Below, one piece after another: positions 53,112 to 64,000 of a stretch of 64,000 nucleotides of DNA. Numbering within the stretch: position 1 is the first letter of the stretch; the number at the start of each line of letters is the position of its first letter. The notes below the pieces were generated by a model that was not told the DNA's origin, searched no databases, and saw only the letters and a program-made list of their open reading frames with translations. This DNA is from Octopus vulgaris. Taxonomy: Eukaryota. The stretch is from positions 8,990,001 to 9,054,000 of the forward strand of contig OX597832.1 in NCBI GenBank assembly GCA_951406725.2, read 5' to 3'. A program made the position numbers and the translations under genes.

Positions 53112-53435
53112 ATTCTTAAGAAGAAAACTAACAGACAAAGGAACACCAGTAAAAATTTCGTCCTCCTTTTAATATTTGTTGTCCTTTTGAGTTAATACGA
53201 ATCAAAATTTTAAAAAATCTAGGTAAATTATATACTACTTCTAAACGAGTACATCATATTCAGAATTCCTGTGACACATTGTATACCCAAACAAACGTCA
53301 TACAAGTGTGTATGTAAAGTCTATTTCTCTTTTAATTATTTCCCTCGGGAAACTACAAAATCGATATAAGTGAAGAAAAACCACTAAGAATAGCTCTTTA
53401 AAGAAAAGGAAGTGAAAGAGAACGGTCAATTTAAT
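53112..53435 (+). repeat. 324-bp duplicate of 51448-51771
   Basis: See partner. Confidence 0.95.
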
Positions 53436-53449
53436 AAAAGTTAAATTCT

Positions 53450-54548
53450 AGTTATTTTGTGTATGCTATATTTCTTGACATTATATATAGTGAAAATAGT
53501 ATACCTCCAAATATACCCGTTATATGAAGCGTAGTTAACTTCTTACTTTTGTACATAATTATTAATTCACAACGAAGAGCTACACTGATAAAAAATATAA
53601 AAACGATAAGAACTGTGTCTTGCCGTCATGATATATTCAACAGTCGCAGATATTTCTGCCTTCGAGAACATTGATCATATCAAATTAGGACAGAAATCTC
53701 ATTCACGATCAACCCTCGACAACATAATCATAATCACTGCTGATAAACTTTATGAAGCAAGCTAAGTGATAACTTTAACAAAAGAGGACGTGAATGATAT
53801 ATTCAACAGGCAGTGAGTCAGAAACTACTGAACCGTCTAATATATAAGTGATAAATAAAGAAACACATCTCGAAAAATAGAAGACGTTTACGTCAAATGA
53901 GATGCTATTATATAAGCTGCAGACAAAAGATTGAAAGAATACTAGATTGCCTACTAGCAAACAATATAATCTTAAACAAACTAAGAAGTGAGGTATCTGA
54001 AAATATCATTTAGATGAACAGCGGCAGAGTCGGATAATGGAAGATACTTTAATTACCGAAGTGAATATATGACGACAAGAATCTCAGAGAACGTTTTAAT
54101 AAGATAAGATTTGATAAATAATGAACTCTCGGTATAAAGAAATATGGATGGCCTTTCTAGCCTGTTGATCGCAGTGACATGAACTTTGAGTGGAGAGTAA
54201 AACTTCAGACATAAACAATATGCTATAGAGCAGACAAATCTCTCTCTTCGCGTTTCTTTGGCGAATTGTCGGCATGGAGGGATGGCCCTTTCCAAATTTA
54301 TCAAGGAACGCTTTATATATGGTTCGAGTAATATGGTAATCTCTTTCTACTTATGCAAAGAGAATTGGATGTGTTTTTCACGCATACTTTTGAAATTGGG
54401 TTGGCTCCATAATACATTATTTGAGGCTAAAATACAAACACATCATCACCTAATTCGCCTTCGTCGTCGTCGTCGTCATCATCATCATGAAAATCGTCAT
54501 CATTGTGGTCGTTGACATCCTCATCTTTCTTATCAGAATCATCATCAC

Positions 54549-54583
<35 letters not shown>

Positions 54584-56190
54584 ACGTCGTCCTGGACGTG
54601 GTCGTCTCTTGGATCATGATGGTCATCATCACAAGCATCATGATCATGATCATCATCATCATTGTCATCACCACCAACGCCATCAGTGTCATCTTCGTCA
54701 TTCTTATCATCATGTTCATCTTGGTCATCATCTTGGTCGTCATCATAATCATCATCATCATCATCAGCAGCAGCAGAATCATCAAGATATAACTATATGT
54801 GGATAGTTAGCGATTTTTTCCTACATCTTGTACTTTCCTCTGTCCCCTATTTCTCAAGACGTGCTTTGCTCTAAGCCTAAACCACCCTTTCTTTTCTTCC
54901 CTGAGCATCTATTAAGGCTTTACATGTACCACATAATCGCGTTGTTACCTTATTTTTGTTAGTGATTTTTCTTCGTTTTTCTTTATTAATTATATGTGTG
55001 TGTGTATCTGTGTGTACGTGCGCGTGTGTATGTGTCTGTATGTGTGCGTGTGTGCATTTGTTTCATTTATTAATATTGTTGCTCTTGTTTAGCGGTCCTG
55101 AAATAATTTAATTTTTGCGAAACATCTTTATGATTATCATAAGGATGATCACTACAAAGACACTTATTTCCATGTGCAGGATCTCCACAATAACCCCGAG
55201 TTTTTTAGCAATAAGAGATTGGATGTTGTTTGCCGGGAATATCTGTGCGTATTTTTATCCGTGCTTAATTTATATTTACACTAGTGAAGAAATATGTACT
55301 GTTTATAGTGTACCCTTTTGTTTCGAATACAGTTGAAAAGCGCATTACACTAAAATACACACTGCAGTTAATAATATTTATATTACAGAAATATTTAATG
55401 TTTGCTCTAGTATGGCCCCTCATAAGTGAAACCAGCAACCGAATAAGTGAAAGAGACAACATTGCAAAATTGATTTTAGTTGTCTGAATCTTCCCGTATA
55501 TTATCCACTCTCAATTCCTTTCAGTTATACCTTTGCTTTAACCCACATTGTGGGCAATTTTTCTTTTACTTCTTGGGTCTGTACGGATGACCAATAGTCT
55601 ATATCCTTTACAGGCCCTTCTAAGCCAGAGAGATTGCTGCTACAATTGTACCACTTCAAGTTGTATATATCATAACTTGCCAAGAATATGAGAACTTGGA
55701 CAGAATTGCAGAGTACGTTCTGGGAAGGGTGGACAAGGCATTCCACACAATGTAGAACTGCAAGGCTGGTCATTACAAGGGGTTGTATAAGAGGAAGAGA
55801 TATTTGTGAATACGTCATAAAACAGCTTCCATCACGGAGAAAATACTTTAGATGTAACGTAGAAAAAGCAGAGTGAGTATATAGATTATTTGCCTGTTAG
55901 GTTGTAGAATGTGTTTGTTAGTGAATTTATGTTAATCAAGAAGTTGGTTCTTTTCTGAATGTGGTATCTTAGTTCTGTGTGTAGCACCATAACAGATATG
56001 AGAGCTATGTTCAAATGTAAGATTCGCTTGTGTTCTGTTGAATAACCCATAAAATTGAGTGAATATAAGACGGCTGGTAAATAAAGTCTTACAATTTTAC
56101 TTTCGACTTCAACAAAACTGTACAGTGAAAGGCGGCTGCTTTGTCTTGAACCTTTACTCATTCTCCCGAAATGGGCGATATTATAAAGTA
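53450..56190 (+). pseudogene. Decayed B-box/coiled-coil/PRY-SPRY (TRIM-like) gene
   Basis: TVSCRHDIFNSRRYFCLREH (B-box2-like) and LTKEDVNDIFNRQ (coiled-coil-like). Exon-like 55525-55872 (CAG..GTGAGT) reads YTFALTHI..LVITRGCIRGRDICEYVIK, then SRSWFF, HHNRYE and VNIRRLVNKVLQFY. Confidence 0.35.
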
Positions 56191-56654
56191 GGAGAGATTT
56201 AGTTTTAAATATACTGCAATAAAATGGCAAAAAGCGAGAAGACCACAATAAATGTAATTATATATAGCTTCATCTAATACTTACATCTATTTGATTAAAG
56301 TTTCTCAATCTATTCATAGATACAATGACCTTATAGACAAATAGATTATTTCTCCTCTTTCAGAATATTCCTCATTCATTCCATCTCGTTTACGGCCTCG
56401 ACTGCCATACGTTTACATCTAACCACTTTCATTTTTTTTATTATTATTTTTGGACATTTATCTTTATTCTCGTCTTCAATTCTTGAAAGAGTTTCATATG
56501 AGAAATTTGATAAAAATTCATTATGAATGTTGTCTTATTTCACTGTAGATTGTCTTGATCAGAAATAGCAAAACTTTTGTTATGACAAAATGATACAAAT
56601 ATATAAGGAAATAATAACCTAATATAAATACACATAATATATATATATATATAC

Positions 56655-56756
<102 letters not shown>

Positions 56757-59231
56757 GTGCATATATATATATATATATATACATGCATATATATATACAT
56801 ATGTATGTATATATATATGTATACAAGCATATATTATATATTTATGCATATACGGACGTACATGTGCATATGTACATATGTACATGAGTTATAAATATAT
56901 GTATATATATGTGTGTGTGTGTGTGTATAAATACATATACATATAGATGTATATATATATAGACCTATACATCTATACATATATTTACACATATATACGT
57001 ATATGTCTATACTTATATATACATATATATACATACACACACACGCGCGCACCCACACGCACACATACATACACCCACACACACATACACACATATATAC
57101 ATACACACACAAACATATTGTCAGCGCATGATTGTTCGGATGTAATTATGTATAAGAAACACGCGAATAAGCAAGAATTTATAAATAAATATGATGATGG
57201 CGATATGAAATAAATGTAATTCAGATTTATATATCTTTGTTGGAATTTAAATTTCTCTCTTTAACTTTGCGAAATGGAAGATCTATAGATTTCAAGTTGA
57301 ATGTCATTATTGGCTATCATCAAAATATACAGAATAACATACAGCAACAATTTTATTACTACATCTTAAATTGCCTTCTATAAAATAAGAAAAAAATAAA
57401 GAATTGTATGATAAATACAAATAACATTGTTATACTACGACACAAATTGTTCTCAAATTGCATTATGCGGAGATAAATGTTGGCAATAAAATAGAAGTAA
57501 TATTTTTCTACTAACAATCTGCTGATAAATATTCTAACATTATTTGTTTATTCTACTTTCCGGTGCAATTTGATATAATCTCCGTGGTTTAGGTAATCGC
57601 ATTATTAATTTTTATCTATATTATATCTTTCTTTATATAGCATATTTTATTTGAGAAATGTGGATTTCTTTATTTTCATCGGTGTTTAATGTAATACGCT
57701 CTAACAGATTTAACAATTATATGCAGAGAAATGTGGATTAAACATCAGATATAGCTTTTGTCGAAGTACATATCTCTAATGAACCTGGGATTTCACTTCG
57801 AGGGTTTGTTACTATTGTTTCCATTATATAATTGCTTCTATCGGATATATTTATTAACCAATATGGCTTTTCAGCTAGTTATGGAATTGATTTCGTTTCA
57901 GAACATATTACATTTAGCTTTATACTTCAACAAATTACTTTGATCTAATCTGTTAACTCTCAGAGCAACACGATTACAAATGCTAAGGGCTGATTGCATT
58001 ACTTTTATCACCAGTTTCAACTTCTAACTGATGTTACATGTCAATCAGATACTTATGATATGTTATCCTCAACAGATAATCCATTTCTGACAAGTGTTGT
58101 TGAAAGCGATGGGCAAATATGTTCGATATTAACAAATGTTTTATAGTACATAGAAGCGACTTCTCTTTAACTATCTAGCCACCGCTTGTCTGAATTCCCT
58201 GTAGCTTTCTGAATAATTTGCCTGATTACTTACCTAAACATTGATGTACTGTGAAGTGCATGGTTAGTCCACACATCAAATGTCAGAGATGAGTAGAGAA
58301 TCGGTGTCATAACCTCTAGCAATCACACTTTAAATACAAATATATGTTGTTCTCCATTTCATTTCGTTAATTACATCCACTTCAGGAAAAATGAAATGCC
58401 TACTAACATTGCGTCTCGCTGGGAAGGACGAATACATCAAATAAAATTGCGAAAAATTATTCTGAATATGATATTCTTATGAATACAGTTTTCTATAAGT
58501 TAGAGAACACTTTCATACTTTCAAGATGCTTGAAGATTTCCAGACTATTAACTTCAATAAATCTATATATTCTACATTAGGTTTCAGTGCAGTTTTAGGG
58601 TGGTTTCTAAAATACAATTCGTTATGTAGCAATAAAAAGAAACAGAAAACAAGACGTATTATATGCTCGCTGGAGGACGTTTGAGATCATAGTGCATAAC
58701 ATATTTCTCAATACACTTTGTCGGAAAATATAAAAAACGATGTGACATGGTTTGGATATATTTTATCCTGTCTGCACCCAATCGAGACTCAATAAAGGTC
58801 AAAAGAACAATTGCAAAATGAATAATAGTAACATCAGTTGAACTCGGAATGTGTACTTTTAACGATAGTTTTGCAACATTTCAACTTCGTATGTGTTTTC
58901 TGTTATCTGTAAACCATATTATATAAAATGAGAAAGTAAAAATCTCAACGTTTGAAGTATTTCTCGAAAACTGAATTATTGTTGGCGTCTATCTCGAAGG
59001 GGTTCAAAGTTTGACTGTCTCATGACCATGTTTTTGATTCTAATATATTTCAAATGCTGATAAAAAATGTGATTTTGGGAGAATTTCTGCTCCTATCCTA
59101 GGGTAAAATTGTCTTCTTGGTACATTCAAATTTCTCTTCTACACTTCTGCGGAAATTTTGGAAAAGATTAGTCTGGTGTTGCTTTTGTCGAATTTGTTGC
59201 TTTGGTCTTCTTCTCACCTTACGCGGACGTG

Positions 59232-59277
<46 letters not shown>

Positions 59278-60028
59278 TGTGTATTTGTGTGCGTGAGTGT
59301 GTGTGTGTGTGATGTGTGTGTGTGATTTGTGTGTGTGTGTGTGATTTGTGTGTGTGTGTCTGCATGTATCGAATCATCTATCTTTTCTGGTTTTGTAATT
59401 TTGTCACGTCGTTGATAATCAAATTAACGGTTACAAAATCGAATATATTGAACAATGAATATCAACAAAAGTTCTCGAAATAAAAATCTTAAATTTTAGC
59501 ATTATAATATCTTTTTCTTAGTTCAGATGTCTTCGGGCTGTTTTCTTCATCATTGCACAGGATTTTGACGGCGAGGCTGCCAAGCAATCTAGAAACATCA
59601 TCTTGTTTTATATGAATCAATTCAAAATTTTATATGTCTGGATATTCTATGTGACAATTTATTGTGGCTGACGACAAAATCAGATCTGTTGCTTGATATA
59701 TAATTTCTCGTATTAACATTCGATATTGGTTGTGGTATTTCTGCTCATCCCACCTGAGGTTAATTGTAGATATAAGGAGACTGATATGAACTAATAAGTT
59801 GTTTTACTTAGTAATCGGATGAAATGTAATATCCATGGACCTTAATCATGAACTTTGGAATGGGTTTAAATAACACTGTGTCACTAAATATATATTTCCT
59901 TTCGTGTTTTTGTCAGTGTTATTTCTTATTTACGTCTTCCTATAAATTAAAGGAACTGACTACAATTTCTATATTTAAGAGATGAGGAATTATGTACGTT
60001 ATTTACATAATATATATTGTTGGCCGTT

Positions 60029-60074
60029 AACACAACGTTTCGGCTGATATACCCTCTAGCCTTCTTCAGGCGCC
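60029..60074 (-). ncRNA. Minimal type I hammerhead motif (left arm)
   Basis: GGCGC-CTGAAGA-A-GGCT..AGCC-GAAAC-GTT-GTGTT, with palindromic AACGTT stem III. Confidence 0.65.
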
Positions 60075-60123
60075 TTGGGGAATTTCGAACTGGTGAATGA
60101 TAACCACTACACCATATACCCGT

Positions 60124-60196
60124 GGGCATATGGCGTAGTGGTTAAGAGTACAGGCTACTAACCCCAAGATTCCGAGTTTGATTCCAAACAGTCACC
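60124..60196 (+). other. tRNA-derived (pseudo-tRNA) Pol III head
   Basis: TGGCGTAGTGGTTAAGAG (A box), anticodon-like loop CT-ACT-AA, GAGTTTGATTCC (B-box variant). The acceptor stem does not pair well. Confidence 0.75.
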
Positions 60197-60216
60197 TGAA
60201 CGATAACAACAACAAC

Positions 60217-60253
<37 letters not shown>

Positions 60254-60300
60254 TCGAAACATATCTTGGGAATGAGAACCCAGGTTCGAAATTTCCCCAA

Positions 60301-60346
60301 GACACTTGATGAAGGCTGGAGGGTATATCAGCCGAAACGTTGTGTT
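60301..60346 (+). ncRNA. Minimal type I hammerhead motif (right arm, C3->U variant)
   Basis: GACAC-TTGATGA-A-GGCTG-10nt-CAGCC-GAAAC-GTT-GTGTT. Confidence 0.65.
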
Positions 60347-61154
60347 AACGACAAACAAGATGAGGGCAAATATCGTCGAATGTAAATAATGTAAATAATG
60401 ACTACAATTATTTCAAACGTTCTTTCAAACGTTGCTTTTGTTATCTGGACATCAATGGTTTGAAACTGACATATTTTTTTCATTACATTTCAGACAGGTA
60501 TAATGGTGAGTTGCTGGGGCAGAAATATCCTTCTGGCAAATATACTCATCAATACTACTGGTTTGCTTGTCATTTGCTTGACCATAGCGATTTGTGTATG
60601 CCTCTTCGTGGCCGAAAATATGTGAATCACTAATCATGAGAGGAGATGTGGTGAGCATCATAGAGAAGAGGTGAAAAGGATTCTTTGGTGCTTGAATAAA
60701 TATCGTAACAAAAGCAAAGTTTGAAGGAAAAATTAGCCATTCTTCCTTCTTTCTAAGGGTAATCAAATAGGAAATAACAGTTGTTACCCTGGGACACTAA
60801 TCATATAAAAAAGTGTAATCTGCAACTCTTCACTTTGCCTGTTGATTTGCACCAACTATTTATGGAACAATGCACGCTGTCTCAGATAATTGTATTTAAG
60901 TGTGACAAATTTCAATCAGCCTCCAAATTAATGCTGTCAATGCGTTGAACCTCCATAAAATTTACTTCTTCTCGTGTTCAATTGCACGGTTTCGATTGAA
61001 CGCAAGCTATGTTAAAATATTTCCCATGCTTTAGAAGCAAACATGGAAATATTACATTTCAAAGAAATATCTTATTTACTTAGATAGATCTACAAACAAA
61101 ACCAGGACCCTAACATTATTATTTAAAATAAGGCAATTACGTACTATCTCTTAT

Positions 61155-61208
61155 TCACTCACTCACTCACTCACTCACCCACTCACTCACTCACTCACTC
61201 ACTCATTC

Positions 61209-61245
<37 letters not shown>
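61155..61245. repeat. Compound (ACTC)n-(TC)n-(CA)n microsatellite
   Basis: Direct reading. Many further (TA)n/(CA)n tracts occur, e.g. 1710, 8097, 21525, 27180, 35200, 56640, 61770. Confidence 0.95.
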
Positions 61246-61767
61246 GTAAATATCTATCTCAAATATCAACGCACGTAACAAGCAGTATAAATAGCTGGTT
61301 GTTGATTGAAGTTTTTATTTACACATGACATTATATTGATAGAGATGGGGAGAGAGAAGTGAGGGAATGGGAGAGAGAATTGAGGTAATGGGAGAGAGAA
61401 ACAGAGTAGTGAGGGAGGCAAGAGAGACAGGAAAATAGATGAGAGAGAGAGAGAGAGACTCTAAAACCGATACATATAGAAAGATAACAACTATTTATAT
61501 TTCAAGTATTATCATTAGCTTATTCCTTTATCTAAATTGCAAGAAGTTTGATAAACGTTACTTTGTTATGACAGATTTTCTGATGTTAAACACCGTAGCA
61601 ATATTAAATTTCCAGACTTAGCACTCATATGAAGGGCAACACTTGACAAAATCTATATCTTTATCTCTATCTGTCTACATAATTACCTCTCTTTCTGTGT
61701 GTCTGTTTGTATGCATGTCTCACTCTCTCCCTTATCTCTCTGTCTTTCTCTCGCTATCTCTCTCACA

Positions 61768-61866
<99 letters not shown>

Positions 61867-61867
61867 G

Positions 61868-61927
<60 letters not shown>

Positions 61928-62299
61928 AATATATTTTTTTATATGTATATATATATAACTTAAGCACCTCATATTTCGTACTTTCGAATCTATTGACATT
62001 GAGCGCGACCTAGTTAAGCAGTCTTCTTATATGTTTTACATGTAAGAGCTACAAGCACTACTTCACTTGTTATGCGAGGTTTTAGACGTTGGACAATTTT
62101 ATAACACAAACCTCAATTCTATAGTGACATTTAATTTTCATCTTCATGTCCGGTCATTCCTGACATCGCTGTTTTCCATCCGTTAAGAGCTTTTTCTATA
62201 ATGGTATATCTCATGATATATGCATATACGAATCATATATATACCACACACACGCACACACACACACATTCATGTATCCATACGTACATACTTATAGTA

Positions 62300-62330
<31 letters not shown>

Positions 62331-64000
62331 CCACCAAATGGTATATACAGTTGCTTACAATTACCAAGTACTCACCCTAAATTTTTGTATATATATATAT
62401 ATGTATAGATATACATACATATATACATATATATATATATTGGCGTGTGACTGTGTGTCTAATTATACGTGTATGCTGTATGATATTCGTACACTATTCA
62501 TTTCTGTTTGTATATTCTTGTGTGTATATCTACATTTAAGGTGAATGGGCTGTAGTATGTGCTGACCTTATGTTTCTAATAGCGAATGTAATTCAATGAC
62601 CGGTTTAAATTCCGAATTAAATCATTGATATGAAGGAATGGCTTCATAAACAAACAACCGGCTAGCTTACTTGTATATCTAACACGAGACAAAATCACAC
62701 AAACATACAAACATTCATCGTGCACTTAAAACAATATTCGTAGAACATTAAATCCGATACCATCTATTCAAAGGGCGCAGCAGCTATTACATTGAACCCC
62801 TAAAGGAACTGTATTAGTTTACAAAATGAGAGCCAGTACTGAGTGGATTGCATTATAATTGTGATTTCCCCGTAGATTTATAATGTTCCTACTGCACGTT
62901 ATGCCTTTCCTTTCATCTATCACGATGATGTTTTTGTATGTGAAGAGAAGTATAGTGAATGCCAATGATAATATCTGCGTAACATTCAAATAGAAAACAT
63001 GTGAGTTAAAATTGCTTTCCTCGGCAAGAGCAACTGACGCTAAATAGACTCTGAGCAGAATTAATACATATTATACATAGCCAAATACGACTGTATACGA
63101 CATAGAGTTCATTGATGTAATACTTTCTACTCTGGAAAATAGAAAACGTAATTTCTTTTCTTAGAGGGAAGTAAAGGTGCAATCCATGACCATACATCCA
63201 ATACTAATTAAACACCTGATGAATCAGAGGAAAATGGATTTCCAGTGTCGGTATTCGGTAAATAACTTTGGCTAGGAGAATTGAATCAAACTTCTTCATT
63301 TCCGGCTTTGGTATGTGGCAATATTCTTGTGCTAAACAAAAAGAAGTTCAGGAAGAAATTATTGCGTTGTAGTATAAGAAAACATCGGTAGGCTAGTAGG
63401 TATTTATAATGCTTAAAAATATATAAACTATGTTAGCGGTGTCTAGGAACCAACCTTCTCTCTCTGATGTCGAATGACTGTAGCCGAAGTCGATTTCCTT
63501 TGCATTCTCAGAGAGTTGATAGTATTATTATCATTTCAATATGTGTAGTGTTATAATAATTTGTCTATTCTCCAAGTATAGTAAGTATTGATGCATAACG
63601 CTTTTCACACACATAAGAAGTTCGCATGTAACCGTCTATGTTCACAAACCCCATATTCGGATGTACTAACGTGAGACCTAACTTCAAGATTTGCATTTAG
63701 AAGATTGCGTCGTGCATGTGGAAAATATGGAAGATTTTGAACAATGAGTATACGCGTTAACTAGAAACGGCTATCACACTTCTTGGTAAATCGGATATCT
63801 GAGGCAAGAAAAATACTTTCAAAGTTATTTTCTTTAAATATTGTAATAATCAGAGTCTACATTATTCATATATTCTTCAATATTGACATTGCATTCCTAT
63901 ACATTATCCCTACTATAATTCACGTCTGTTTGGCTCCAGGCCAAAATTACTTTACGATAAGATGTTAGTGTTTTCAAAGTTGTAACCTACTCTTATATGC

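Larger units (their letters stand above)
59968..60398. mobile_element. Palindromic tRNA-head + (AAT)n + hammerhead element with 11-bp TSD
   Basis: TGACTACAATT at 59957-67 and 60399-409. Centre of symmetry at 60122-23. HHR motif in each arm. Confidence 0.85.
57750..60766 (-). pseudogene. Possible decayed TRIM-like gene interrupted by the tRNA/HHR element and a microsatellite
   Basis: YICQKDISAPATHHYTCLKCNEK..CPD (B-box1-like) and *QKHERKYIF..QCYLN/HSKVHD (B-box2-like). Several 40-70 codon stop-poor stretches follow on the same strand. Confidence 0.3.

Noticed and set aside
54609-54806. His-rich 65-aa ORF suggesting a cephalopod histidine-rich protein
   Set aside because: It is a frame of a degenerate (CAT)n tract, with no signal peptide and no GHG-type repeats.
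55688-55876. Thrombospondin-1-like reading WEGWTRHSTQC..TRGC
   Set aside because: Key Cys/Gly/Arg residues are missing, the frame has upstream stops, and the context fits a PRY/SPRY remnant better. Neither reading is proven.
60124-60196. Functional tRNA-Ser(ACT) gene
   Set aside because: The acceptor and T stems pair poorly, and it lies inside a TSD-flanked mobile element, so it is a SINE-type head.
63213-63250. CTGATGA...GAAA hammerhead-like spacing
   Set aside because: Stem II (ATCAGAG) cannot pair and stem I is out of register.

Overview
AT-rich, microsatellite-dense eukaryotic DNA. The SINE and LINE repertoire looks like octopus (cephalopod); this is my recognition, not a database result. 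I found no intact host protein-coding gene, and nearly all ORFs in the track are (TA)n/(CA)n/(AAT)n/(GAT)n artefacts. The window holds four main things. (1) Three tRNA-derived SINE families. (2) Fragments of CR1, RTE, R4/Dong and L1/Tx1 LINEs, a Tc1/mariner (maT-like) transposase start, a TIR element and a Helitron-like element. (3) Frameshifted remnants of B-box/coiled-coil/SPRY (TRIM-like) genes, plus local duplications. (4) Most interesting: several sequence-unrelated non-coding elements that carry type I hammerhead ribozyme (HHR) motifs, have Penelope-like inverted arms and mostly sit in (TA)n tracts. The best example is 47131-47932: a 492-nt monomer with a fully canonical HHR, whose identical 238-bp direct repeat starts at the predicted self-cleavage site (retrozyme-like). 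A second is 59968-60398: a palindromic tRNA-head plus HHR element with an 11-bp TSD.
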